Shown one piece after another: positions 17,564 through 26,117 of a stretch of DNA of 64,000 nucleotides (the stretch's first letter is position 1; each line of letters starts with the position of its first letter). Below the pieces are notes generated by a model. It made no database searches. It was not told the DNA's origin and saw only the letters and a list, made by a program, of their open reading frames with translations. A program made the position numbers and the translations under genes. The DNA comes from Sphingomonas sanxanigenens (GTDB taxonomy: Bacteria; Pseudomonadota; Alphaproteobacteria; Sphingomonadales; Sphingomonadaceae): assembly GCA_037190805.1 (NCBI GenBank), contig JBBCJR010000021.1, forward strand, positions 32,735-96,734, in the 5' to 3' direction.

Positions 17564-19255
17564 ATGAGCATCGATGTCGAACGGCCGCGGCTGTGGCTTT
17601 GCCTGGTCCTGCTGGCCGCGACGGCGCTGCGGATGTGGCACATCGGCTTCGGCCTGCCGTCGCTCAACGATCCGGACGAGCCGCTGTTCGTGATGAAGGC
17701 GCTCGATCTGCTGCGCGAGGGGGCGATCAACCCCGGATGGTTCGGACATCCCGCGACGACACTGTTTTACGCGCTGGCGGTGTTGTTCGCGTTGATCGCG
17801 GCGCTTGGCATGGCGCTGGGCGCGTGGGCATCGCCGGCGGCGTTCGCAGCGGCGGTATTCGCCGATCCGGGTATGATCGTGTTGCCGGGGCGGGTGATGA
17901 TCGCCTTGGTGGGGATCGCTTCGGTCGCCTTGGTCTATTGTATCGGTCGCCGAGTGGCGGGTGCGCGCGCCGGGCTGGTCGCTGCGGCGCTGCTCGCGGT
18001 CAGCCCGCTGCATGTCGAGCTGTCGCAGACCATCCGTACCGACGTTCCCGCGACCGCGCTGATGCTGCTCAGCAGCTTCTATGCGGTGCGTGTCGCGCAG
18101 GGTGGCCGCCTGCGCGATATCCTGTTGGCAGGGATGGCGGCGGGGGTGGCATGTGCCACCAAGTGGCCGGCGGCGCTGGTGCTTGCCTCCGTCGAAGCTG
18201 CGGTTCTGATGCGGGTCGTCGACGGACGGCAGCGTATCGCCCATCTAATTGTCGCCCCGATCGTTGCCGTGATCACCTTGCTGCTCGTCTCGCCTTTCCT
18301 GATCCTCGACTATGCGACGGTCGTGCACGACCTCGGCGGCGAGGCGCGCGGGTTTCATCTGGGCGCGACGGGGGCGGGATGGGCGAGCAATTTCGTGTGG
18401 TATCTCGTCAACCCGATCAGCACCGCCCTGGGTGTGGCCGGACTGGTCTTGGCGGCGGCGGGTTTGACCGTCTCGTTCAGGCGGGATCGGACCATGGCGC
18501 TGGCCCTGTTCGCTGCGCCCGTGATCTTCCTGATCGCGATCAGCGGCCAGGCTTTGATCTGGGAGCGCTGGGCCGTGCCGCTGCTGCCCTATGCGGCGCT
18601 CGCAGCGGCCCTGGGCCTGGACTGGGTGGTCAAGCGGTTCGCCGGATCGCGACAGAATCTCATGGGAACGATCATCGCTTTGCTGGTCTGCGCCCCGATC
18701 CTCGTTTCCTGTGTCATGCGCACGCAGGAGCGCAGCATCGATACGCGTCAGGCGGCGAGCGTCTGGCTGCGCGACCATGTCGACCCCGGCGCTTCCGTGC
18801 TGATCGAGCATGCAGGCTTCGATCTGCTCGAACGGCCGGGCCGGGTGCTGTTTCCGCTCGGCGCGCAAGGGTGCATCGACGTGCGCGCCGCATTGTCGGG
18901 GCGGCCGACCTTCGAAGCGACCGGTGAGGCGCGTGGGGAGCGGCCGATCATCGACATCGGCAATGTCGATCCGGGCCGTCTGGCGACCTGCCGCGCCGAC
19001 TATGCGATCCTGTCCCACTACAGCCGCTATGCGGCGGAACAGGCCCGGTTTCCGCTTCCGACATGCCTCTATCGTGCTTTGCTGCGCAATGGACAGATCG
19101 TGGCGAGCTTCGCGCCGGAGACGGGGCGTCGCGGCGGTCCTGACGTGCAGGTCGTCCGTCTCGCTCCTCAGGACTTCGACGCGCCGGCGAGCTGTATCGT
19201 CGAAGGGCGAAACGCGACACGCGCCCACGAGTTGAAGGCAAGATCCCAGGATTAG
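17564..19255 (+). CDS. GT-C fold glycosyltransferase, family 39/83-like (ArnT/PMT-like)
   Basis: ATG 17564 (ATG 17528 possible). 563 aa, many TM segments, then a soluble C-terminal domain of about 190 aa. The first loop LNDPDEPLF carries the acidic motif seen in ArnT/PMT enzymes. Divergent from rfbF across 63 bp. Confidence 0.75.
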   Translation: MSIDVERPRLWLCLVLLAATALRMWHIGFGLPSLNDPDEPLFVMKALDLLREGAINPGWFGHPATTLFYALAVLFALIAALGMALGAWASPAAFAAAVFADPGMIVLPGRVMIALVGIASVALVYCIGRRVAGARAGLVAAALLAVSPLHVELSQTIRTDVPATALMLLSSFYAVRVAQGGRLRDILLAGMAAGVACATKWPAALVLASVEAAVLMRVVDGRQRIAHLIVAPIVAVITLLLVSPFLILDYATVVHDLGGEARGFHLGATGAGWASNFVWYLVNPISTALGVAGLVLAAAGLTVSFRRDRTMALALFAAPVIFLIAISGQALIWERWAVPLLPYAALAAALGLDWVVKRFAGSRQNLMGTIIALLVCAPILVSCVMRTQERSIDTRQAASVWLRDHVDPGASVLIEHAGFDLLERPGRVLFPLGAQGCIDVRAALSGRPTFEATGEARGERPIIDIGNVDPGRLATCRADYAILSHYSRYAAEQARFPLPTCLYRALLRNGQIVASFAPETGRRGGPDVQVVRLAPQDFDAPASCIVEGRNATRAHELKARSQD

Positions 19256-19279
19256 GCGCCTGCCGAAAGCAGATCAGTC

Positions 19280-19666
19280 TTATCGAGGATGTATCCGGGC
19301 AAGCGCTATACCTGCGAGATTCTGGGACCGCTTGACGTGCCGGATACGGAGCGGGGAGGGGCCGCTGCTCAGTTTTCTCAATGTCGACAGGTACCGGGCG
19401 GACGTGCCTTTGCACTTCGCCTCGCTGTTCGCCTGCCTGACGACCGCGAGCGAGTCACCGAGGAAGATCGGGTCGGTCAGTTCCAGCACTTGCGCGACTT
19501 CGATCGCGTGGATCAGCGCCAGCCACTCGGCATCCATGCTTGTTCCCGAACCGAGGTTGCGCCGAAGATGGACTTGTCCCTTCACGACCACGGCGGTTTC
19601 CATTCCGGTCGGGCTGGGTCGACACCCGCCATCGAAATAGACTTTCAATCGGGACTGCACTGCCAT
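19280..19666 (-). CDS. Small RNase H-like (RVT_3-type) protein
   Basis: 128 aa. Acidic residues in YFDGGC, DAEWLAL and LGDSL, with an [11 protein letters not shown] tail, as in RNase H-fold small proteins. Confidence 0.65.
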   Translation of the reverse strand: MAVQSRLKVYFDGGCRPSPTGMETAVVVKGQVHLRRNLGSGTSMDAEWLALIHAIEVAQVLELTDPIFLGDSLAVVRQANSEAKCKGTSARYLSTLRKLSSGPSPLRIRHVKRSQNLAGIALARIHPR

Positions 19667-20193
19667 GTCCCCGGCGATAGGCCATCGATCGTCCAGGCGC
19701 CAATGCTGATGCGGACCAGCCGCAGCGTCGGATGGCCGACCGCAGCCGTCATGCGGCGGACCTGCCGGTTGCGGCCTTCGCGGATCGTCAGCCTGATCCA
19801 GCAGTCCGGCACGCTCTTGCGGACGCGGATCGGCGGGTCACGTGGCCATAGCTGCGGGTCGTCGATCCGTTCGACTTCGGCGGGCTGCGTGGGTCCATCC
19901 TTCAGGCGGACGCCATTTCGCAAAGCGTTCAGCGCCGTCTCGCCGAACTCGCCCTCGACTTGCGCCAGATAGGTCTTGGGCAGCTTGAACCTCGGGTCCG
20001 CGATCCGCGCCTGCTGCCGGCCATCGTCCGTCAGCAGCAACAGCCCCTCGCTGTCGAGATCGAGCCGTCCCGCCGGATAGACGCCCGGCACATCGATGAA
20101 GTCCGACAGGGTCCGCCGCGTCGATCCTGCCGTGCCTCTGTCGGTGAACTGGCAGAGCACGTCATAGGGCTTGTTGAACAGGATGAGCGTCAC
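19645..20193 (-). CDS. rluE: rRNA pseudouridine synthase, RluE/RsuA family
   Basis: 182 aa. [14 protein letters not shown], catalytic [18 protein letters not shown], and GRNRQVRRM. Confidence 0.8.
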   Translation of the reverse strand: MTLILFNKPYDVLCQFTDRGTAGSTRRTLSDFIDVPGVYPAGRLDLDSEGLLLLTDDGRQQARIADPRFKLPKTYLAQVEGEFGETALNALRNGVRLKDGPTQPAEVERIDDPQLWPRDPPIRVRKSVPDCWIRLTIREGRNRQVRRMTAAVGHPTLRLVRISIGAWTIDGLSPGTWQCSPD

Positions 20194-21803
20194 GCGGTCA
20201 TGCTCAGCGCGACCGCTTCGGCGACCTTGATGCCGTCGACGGCCGCCGACAGGATGCCGCCGGCATAGCCGGCGCCTTCGCCCGCAGGAAACAGTCCCTT
20301 GGTATTGAGGCTTTGAAAGTCTTCGGCGCGCGTAAAACGGACCGGCGACGAGGTGCGCGTCTCGATACCCGTCATCACGACATCGGGATGGTCATAGCCC
20401 GCGATCTGACGCCCGAAGACCGGGATCGCTTCCCGCATCGCTTCGACCACGAAGTCGGGAAGGCATCGCGCAAGGTCGGTCGGTGTCACGCCGGGCCGAT
20501 AGGATGGGATGACGCTGCCCAACGCCGCCGACGGACGGCCAGCCATGAAATCGCCGACGCGCTGTGCGGGCGCTCGGTAGTTCGAGCCGCCCGCGACGAA
20601 GGCGAGCGATTCCCAATGCCGTTGAAAGGCGATTCCGGCCAGCGGATCGCCGGGATAGTCGCGCGCGGGATCGATCGCGACGACGAAACCCGCGTTCGCG
20701 TTACGCTCGTTGCGCGAATATTGGCTCATGCCGTTGGTCGCGACACGGCCTTCCTCGGACGTCGCGGCGACCACGGTGCCGCCGGGGCACATGCAGAAGC
20801 TATAGACCGTGCGACCGTTCCGGCAGTGGTGAGAGATATGATATTCGGCCGCGCCAAGAATGGGGTTGCCGGCATCGGCGCCGAACCGCGAACGGTCGAT
20901 CCAGCTTTGCGGATGCTCGATCCGTACGCCGATCGAGAACGGCTTCGCCTCGGCATGGACGCCGGCCAGGCGCAGCATCTCGAACGTGTCGCGGGCGCTG
21001 TGTCCGATCGCCAGCACGACATGATCGGCCTCGAGATAGTCGCCATTGTGAAGATGCAGCCCGCGGATGCGGCGCTCTCCCGACGCATCGGTCGTGATAT
21101 CCAGCCCGTCGACGCGCTGCTGGAACCGATATTCGCCGCCCAGGCCCTCGATCGTCTCACGCAGGCTTTCGACCATCGTCACGAGCCGGAACGTGCCGAT
21201 ATGCGGGTGCGCCTCGGTCAGGATTTCGGGCGGGGCGCCGGCTTTCACGAACTCGGTTAGCACCTTGCGGTCAAGATGACGGGCATCCTTGATCCGGCTG
21301 TAGAGCTTGCCGTCCGAAAACGTGCCGGCGCCGCCTTCGCCGAACTGGACGTTGGATTCCGGATTCAGCACACTGCGCCGCCACAGCCCCCAGGTGTCCT
21401 TGGTGCGCTCGCGAACCACCTTGCCGCGATCGAGTATGATCGGACGATATCCCATCTGCGCGAGGATCAGACCTGCAAACAGGCCGCAAGGCCCGGCGCC
21501 GATGACGATCGGGCGTTTCGCCCCTGCGCGCGCCTGGGTGACGAACTTGTAGCTGGTGTTGGGGGTTGGCCTTACGCAGCGGTCCTTGCGAAACCGCGCG
21601 AGCACCGAGGCTTCGTTCCTGACGTTGACGTCTATCGAATAGACGAGCTGGATGTCGCTATTATCGCGGGCATCGTTCCCGCGCCGTACGATCACGTAGC
21701 GGACAAGGTCACGTTGCGTGATGCGCAGCCGCTTGCAGATCGCAGCGGGAAGGTCCTCCGGTGCATGATGGAGCGGCAGCGTGAGGTCGGTCAGGCGAAG
21801 CAT
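20190..21803 (-). CDS. FAD-dependent dehydrogenase of the conserved uncharacterised COG2509 type
   Basis: 537 aa. Dinucleotide fold [13 protein letters not shown]. Overall layout resembles the family; ATGA-type overlap with rluE. Confidence 0.7.
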   Translation of the reverse strand: MLRLTDLTLPLHHAPEDLPAAICKRLRITQRDLVRYVIVRRGNDARDNSDIQLVYSIDVNVRNEASVLARFRKDRCVRPTPNTSYKFVTQARAGAKRPIVIGAGPCGLFAGLILAQMGYRPIILDRGKVVRERTKDTWGLWRRSVLNPESNVQFGEGGAGTFSDGKLYSRIKDARHLDRKVLTEFVKAGAPPEILTEAHPHIGTFRLVTMVESLRETIEGLGGEYRFQQRVDGLDITTDASGERRIRGLHLHNGDYLEADHVVLAIGHSARDTFEMLRLAGVHAEAKPFSIGVRIEHPQSWIDRSRFGADAGNPILGAAEYHISHHCRNGRTVYSFCMCPGGTVVAATSEEGRVATNGMSQYSRNERNANAGFVVAIDPARDYPGDPLAGIAFQRHWESLAFVAGGSNYRAPAQRVGDFMAGRPSAALGSVIPSYRPGVTPTDLARCLPDFVVEAMREAIPVFGRQIAGYDHPDVVMTGIETRTSSPVRFTRAEDFQSLNTKGLFPAGEGAGYAGGILSAAVDGIKVAEAVALSMTA

Positions 21804-21897
21804 CGGATCGCCCTCTACTCTCCGGGCGATGAACCGCCAACCGTCGGCTAAAACAGACAGCGGCCTCGGACTGTTTGAGTGGCCCCGAATGCGACAT

Positions 21898-21929
21898 CAG
21901 GCCGGGAGCGGATTGTCCGTCCCGGCCTG
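21898..21929 (-). terminator. Stem-loop downstream of the OmpA-like gene (terminator-like, no clear U-tract)
   Basis: Perfect 10-bp inverted repeat CAGGCCGGGA (21898-21907) / TCCCGGCCTG (21920-21929) with a 12-nt loop. It sits 52 nt beyond the OmpA-like stop on the minus strand. Confidence 0.3.
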
Positions 21930-21981
21930 ATTGCGGAGCTCTCCCGGAGCGATCGCGGGACCATGAGGCCCCGCGCGCATT

Positions 21982-22866
21982 TCACATCTCGTCGACGCTC
22001 TTGCTGACGAGGATATTCACCGCGACGCGGCGGTTTTGGGCCTTGCCTTCGTCGGTATCATTGCTCGCCAACGGGTCGGCTTCGGCCATTCCGGTTGGCG
22101 TCAGCATGCGATAGGGCTTCCAGCCGCAGGCCTGCTGAAGGTGGTTGATGACGCGACTGGCCCGCTTTTCGCTGAGCTGCTGGTTGATTTCGCTGCTTCC
22201 GGTCGAGTCGGTATAACCGACCACAAGTATCAGGGCGTTTTCGGTCCCCTCGGCTGAAATCGCGGTCGAGCAGAGACTGGCTTTGTCCTGAGCGGACAGC
22301 TCCGCCTTGCCCGTATCGAAGTGCACGTTCGTCGTGCTCTTGATGTTATATTTGTCGATATCGCCCATACGACCGCGCAGGGCTTCCGTTGCCGCGGCCT
22401 GCTCCTCAAAGCGCTGCTCAGTCGCGTTGCGGATCATCGTTGCCGTCTTGAGGTCGCCGTTCCGGACACTGATCTGGCTTGCCACCAGGCCGCCATTCGA
22501 CAGCCCATCGCTCGGCTGCAATGTCTTGATGGTAACCGGCAGCCCGTTGAGCAGCGAGTCTGCGGCAAGCTTGCTCCGACTGCTGAACAGGCCGCCTCCG
22601 GCCTTGATCTGCGTGGCATCATCGATGGCAATGATCATGCTCGCGCCATCGGCGGTCGTGACTTTCATCTTGTCACCGGTGCGCGCGGAGATGACGCCTT
22701 TGATCTTGGGCCCGGCGGTCATCGCGGGCGCCTCCGGGAGGATGCCATTGACGATGATACTGGAATCGGCCTGGTCCTGCTGCTGTGCGGACAAGCTGGC
22801 GGGCACGGACATGGCCAGAGCAGCAAGCAGCAAGCGAACTCTCGGCCTTTTGGAAATGACACGCAT
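21982..22866 (-). CDS. OmpA-family secreted protein (C-terminal peptidoglycan-binding domain)
   Basis: 294 aa. Signal peptide ...AALAMSVPASLSAQQ. C-terminal VGYTDSTGSSEINQQLSEKRA...NRRVAVNI. Confidence 0.8.
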   Translation of the reverse strand: MRVISKRPRVRLLLAALAMSVPASLSAQQQDQADSSIIVNGILPEAPAMTAGPKIKGVISARTGDKMKVTTADGASMIIAIDDATQIKAGGGLFSSRSKLAADSLLNGLPVTIKTLQPSDGLSNGGLVASQISVRNGDLKTATMIRNATEQRFEEQAAATEALRGRMGDIDKYNIKSTTNVHFDTGKAELSAQDKASLCSTAISAEGTENALILVVGYTDSTGSSEINQQLSEKRASRVINHLQQACGWKPYRMLTPTGMAEADPLASNDTDEGKAQNRRVAVNILVSKSVDEM

Positions 22867-23311
22867 TGAGCGACTCCTTTTTCCTGCCTCAGTCGATCCT
22901 GGGTGTTCAGATCAACCTGTCTGACACATGAACGCCTCCGGCGAGGCCATTGGTTGAGAAGCCAATTCGAGCGCATCGTGCGGCGAACCGATGTCAGTCG
23001 CGTACCGACGGACTGCTTTCCGACAGGCTAGTGGCCGGATCACGTGTCTGCGAGGAGCCGTAGTTCCGCTGATGGGGAATCACACTTGTGATCGAGCACC
23101 ATCCCTGCCGCTTGCTTCGGGCTTCGGGCGCGAACTTGTGCGTCGTCTTGCCCATATCCGCTGGTGCAGGCCATTCCATCGCGCATCAATCAAGTTCATC
23201 GATTTGCTGGGTCACGGGCAATGTGTATATTGATAGGATCGCGTGAGTATCCGCCGTAGGCATCCGCGACTGAGAGACATAGCGCTCCCGCTTACATTCG
23301 GGAGAGTTGTC

Positions 23312-23485
23312 ATGGACATCAACGAACTTTTTGACCGTCAGCAAGCCTCTTTGATACGAGCCAACGCTGCGGCCTGCCCAGCGGCGCGGCTGTCGCATCT
23401 TGGCCTCGCGCGAGGTTATGCGCAGCGGATCGAGAGCATGCGGGCGAAGGAAAATATCTCCGGCAGCTCACTCGGGCTTTTTTAG
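23312..23485 (+). CDS. Small hypothetical protein (57 aa)
   Basis: SD GGAGAG lies 5 nt before ATG 23312. Sequence MDINELFDRQQASLIRANAA... The upstream 23 codons of the track ORF have no support. No family recognised. Confidence 0.4.
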   Translation: MDINELFDRQQASLIRANAAACPAARLSHLGLARGYAQRIESMRAKENISGSSLGLF

Positions 23486-23547
23486 TGGCGAAGGCAGGCT
23501 TGCCGCCGGCAGAGGCTCCGAAAGTCGCTCCAAGTCGTCCAGGCATC

Positions 23548-23772
23548 ATGCGTCGGCCATCCAACCACATCCGTTTGGCGCCCGACATGGCGGCGCGACA
23601 GGGAGAGATCACCCGACTCGCGCTGGAGCGCCTGGGGCGCGACGCCGCGATGGCCTTCCTTAATCAGGCGAACGCTGCACTGGGTGGTCGGCCCCTTGAA
23701 ATCGCGACAGAAAGTCCGGCCGGATTTTCGAGAATTAAAGCTGCGATTGAATCATATGGATCAGTAAAATGA
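23548..23772 (+). CDS. DUF2384 (Xre/MbcA/ParS antitoxin toxin-binding domain)-like small protein
   Basis: LALERLGRDAAMAFLNQANAALGGRPLEIATESPAGFSRIKAAIESYG resembles DUF2384. The start is uncertain: GTG 23485, ATG 23548 or ATG 23587. Confidence 0.5.
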   Translation: MRRPSNHIRLAPDMAARQGEITRLALERLGRDAAMAFLNQANAALGGRPLEIATESPAGFSRIKAAIESYGSVK

Positions 23773-23936
23773 GCAAAGTTGACTTTTTGTGCAATTGACT
23801 CTAGGCGGGGAATGCTAACGTCGCCTGCGACGGAATTTTGATGCCCTGAGCGGCTGATTTTCCTTTTTCGTCTCGCGCTATCAGCTCCACTGGCACTGTC
23901 GTCAGTGGATGGTCCGTTTTCGTCAAAGGAAACCCA

Positions 23937-24143
23937 ATGCCAATCGGAACCGTCAAATTTTTCAATGTCGACAAGGGTTATGGCTTCATCGCGCCAGAGG
24001 ACGGCGGCCAAGACAGCTTCGTCCATATCAGCGCGGTACAGCAGGCCGGAATGAGCACGCTGCAGAAAGACCAGCGGCTGAGCTACGAGGTCGAAACCGA
24101 CCGCCGTGGCAAGGAATCCGCTGTCAATCTTCAGGCGGTCTGA
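23937..24143 (+). CDS. cspA: Cold-shock protein, CspA family
   Basis: 68 aa with SD AAGGAA. RNP1 KGYGFI and RNP2 SFVHI. Near-canonical CSD sequence. Confidence 0.9.
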   Translation: MPIGTVKFFNVDKGYGFIAPEDGGQDSFVHISAVQQAGMSTLQKDQRLSYEVETDRRGKESAVNLQAV

Positions 24144-24147
24144 CGCT

Positions 24148-24405
24148 TTGGCCAAAGAGGATCTTTTGGTTCTTGATGGTCAAATCGAAGAAATCCTGCC
24201 TGATGGACGCTTTCGAGTTCACCTCGAAAATGGCCATCGTCTGATCGCTTACACCGCCGGGAAGATGCGTCGCTATCGCATCCGCTCGGTGGTGGGTGAT
24301 CGCGTGCAAGTGGAAATGACCCCCTATGATCTGGATAAGGGGCGTATCATCTTTCGCGAGCGCACGCCCCTTCAAGGTCGGCCGCCAAATCGCGGGGGCC
24401 GCTAA
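24148..24405 (+). CDS. infA: Translation initiation factor IF-1
   Basis: Reading from TTG 24148 gives (M)[71 protein letters not shown]. This is collinear with E. coli IF-1 as I recall it (MAKEDNIEMQGTV...TPYDLSKGRIVFR). The track ORF instead starts at GTG 24106, inside cspA. There is a C-terminal extension of about 14 residues. Confidence 0.8.
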   Translation: MAKEDLLVLDGQIEEILPDGRFRVHLENGHRLIAYTAGKMRRYRIRSVVGDRVQVEMTPYDLDKGRIIFRERTPLQGRPPNRGGR

Positions 24406-24446
24406 GATTAATAATGGAAAGCGCGTTTTTAGGCGCTAAGGAAATT

Positions 24447-24581
24447 ATGCATTCTCAAATAATAACCGATAAGTTCAATTCTGATGTTTATCAAAATTCT
24501 GTAAAAATAAAACAGTCGCAGCCTAAAGGGGCGCTTTCGCGGCAGGAATTACGACGTATCGTCGAAGAGATGCTCGGGTAA
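24447..24581 (+). CDS. Candidate 44-codon ORF (below the track cutoff)
   Basis: Found by eye. SD-like AAGGAA lies 3 nt before ATG 24447. Sequence MHSQIITDKFNSDVYQNSVKIKQSQPKGALSRQELRRIVEEMLG. The first half is very AT-rich, which is atypical for this genome, so the stretch may be non-coding. Confidence 0.2.
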   Translation: MHSQIITDKFNSDVYQNSVKIKQSQPKGALSRQELRRIVEEMLG

Positions 24582-24616
24582 GAGCGCGATCCGACCCACC
24601 ATTTCGGAGGTCGCTC

Positions 24617-24841
24617 ATGTCAGTCTATGACTTTTACGTTGCCCGCGCCCAGGACAGCGCTTGCGAAGCCGAGGCGGCCGTCTTGCCGAACGTACGCGAG
24701 CGCTGCCTCCGGGCGGAACTCGCATGGCGCGCGATGGCTGAACGCGCATTGCACAATGAAACGGCCCGCCATCGACAGGCCGCCGATAAGGAAGCCGCGA
24801 CCCAGCAGCTCGACCTGTCACAGGGACCACCTGGCGTCTGA
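24617..24841 (+). CDS. Small hypothetical protein (74 aa)
   Basis: SD GGAGG lies 6 nt before ATG 24617. Helical-looking sequence MSVYDFYVARAQDSACEAEAAVLPNVRERCLRAELAWRAMAERA. No family recognised. Confidence 0.5.
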   Translation: MSVYDFYVARAQDSACEAEAAVLPNVRERCLRAELAWRAMAERALHNETARHRQAADKEAATQQLDLSQGPPGV

Positions 24842-24916
24842 TCAGGTTCGGTCCTTTAGCCGGTTACGGAGGAGTTGAGCGTTGCCCCGAACGGGGCGGG
24901 GAGGGGGCCTTTGATC

Positions 24917-25663
24917 TTACGCCGCCTTGGCGGCAAGCCAGATGATATGTGGCGGGTCGCCCGTTTCCCCGCCCGGATCGACGCTCACCTCCTCCACGCA
25001 GAATCCAGCGGCCCGCAGCCGATCGGGAAACACCTGATCGGGATAGGCCGACCAGACCGCCAATATTCCGCCGGGGCGCAGGGCCTTGTGAGCAGCGCGT
25101 AGCCCCCAGTTGCTGTAGAGACGTTCATTGGCAAGGTTGACCAGCCCATCGGGGCCATTGTCGACATCGAGCAGGATTGCGTCGAAGCGGGCGCGCTGCT
25201 CGTCGATGATGTCATGAACGTCCCGAATTTCGAGCGATACGCGCGGATCGCTCAGTGAATCGCCCAGGATATGCGCCAGCGGGCCGGCTGCCCACGCCAC
25301 GACCTTAGGCACCAGTTCCGCAACGACGATCGTCGCGTCGGGCGCCAATACGGATCGCGCGGCGGCAAGCGTGAAGCCCATTCCCAACCCACCGATCAGC
25401 ACGCGACCGGCCCGGTCGCCCAGGCGTTCGAAGACCAATGTGGCTAAGGCATCTTCCGATCGATGGGCCCAACTGCTCATCAACTGCTCGTCGCCGTATA
25501 GGATCTCGTATTCCTGCCCGTGGCGCACCAGGTAAAGCTGCCCTCCGCCTGGAATCTCTCCGGTGTCGACCAGCACGCCCGAAGGTGTCCGGCCGTCCTC
25601 GTGCTCTGCAGGCAGTTCAGCGGTTGCCACGATTAAATCCGTAATGATCGAGCTTGGCGGCAT
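24917..25663 (-). CDS. Spermidine-synthase-like class I methyltransferase-fold protein
   Basis: 248 aa. VLIGGLGMGFTL (GxGxG) and AILLDVDNGPDGL. Resembles short spermine/spermidine-synthase-like proteins. Confidence 0.7.
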   Translation of the reverse strand: MPPSSIITDLIVATAELPAEHEDGRTPSGVLVDTGEIPGGGQLYLVRHGQEYEILYGDEQLMSSWAHRSEDALATLVFERLGDRAGRVLIGGLGMGFTLAAARSVLAPDATIVVAELVPKVVAWAAGPLAHILGDSLSDPRVSLEIRDVHDIIDEQRARFDAILLDVDNGPDGLVNLANERLYSNWGLRAAHKALRPGGILAVWSAYPDQVFPDRLRAAGFCVEEVSVDPGGETGDPPHIIWLAAKAA

Positions 25664-25862
25664 CGGATCGAGGATCGGTATCCCCGCCCAGCAAGTTGAG
25701 GACAGCGACCTGAGCCCAGGTATCAGGGAGGCGCTCGCTGCGATCGGCTAATAGGGTGCGGATATCGGACGCACGCCGGCGATGCTCATCTGCATTCCGA
25801 AGCGTTGCGACGGCGATCTGTGGCAGGGCGGCCTGCTGGTGATGGAAAACCACGGGCGACAT
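25617..25862 (-). CDS. Hypothetical protein (81 aa)
   Basis: SD AGGAG lies 8-9 nt before ATG 25862. The 3' end overlaps the next gene start by 47 nt. No family recognised. Confidence 0.35.
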   Translation of the reverse strand: MSPVVFHHQQAALPQIAVATLRNADEHRRRASDIRTLLADRSERLPDTWAQVAVLNLLGGDTDPRSDAAKLDHYGFNRGNR

Positions 25863-25922
25863 TATGGGGCTCCTGCTGATTTGAAGGTGCCGGCGGATCT
25901 GAAAATCCACCGAACCGCATCC

Positions 25923-26117
25923 TCAATCAGCTTTCAGGGTCACCGCCGAGATTTTGCCGCGCCGGTCAATTTCAAACTCGTACGAGATACGCTGATCCTT
26001 ATCAAGCACTGCGGCAACAGCCAGCATCTTGGCTGGACGGCCGAGGGTGTTTGGCACTTCGATTTCAGAGGCGTCGGGAGAAGGATAACAGGATGGGTGA
26101 ATCTGCTTCCCACGCAT
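25923..26117 (-). CDS. Divergent cold-shock-domain-like protein (C-terminal half conserved, RNP motifs lost)
   Basis: LDKDQRISYEFEIDRRGKISAVTLKAD aligns with [27 protein letters not shown] of the cspA at 23937 (19 of 27 identical). The N-terminal half (GKQIHPSCYPSPDASEIEVPNTLG) lacks KGYGFI/VFVH. Start is ATG 26117 or TTG 26132. Confidence 0.45.
   Translation of the reverse strand: MRGKQIHPSCYPSPDASEIEVPNTLGRPAKMLAVAAVLDKDQRISYEFEIDRRGKISAVTLKAD

Noticed and set aside
16757-18244. N-terminal extensions of the 832-aa plus-strand and 505-aa minus-strand track ORFs
   Set aside because: Each extension is antisense to the other gene. Homology-like sequence begins at ATG 17564 for the GT-C enzyme and at ATG 17500 for RfbF (which has a strong SD), so I trimmed both ORFs.
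23041-23067. Possible general-stress (EcfG-type) promoter GGAAC-N-CGTT upstream of the OmpA-like gene, on the minus strand
   Set aside because: The -10-like element reads CGTG rather than CGTT, and the spacer is 18 nt instead of 16-17. It is too weak to call.
23664-24155. 163-aa minus-strand ORF
   Set aside because: It is antisense to the near-canonical cspA gene and to the DUF2384-like ORF, and it has no motifs.
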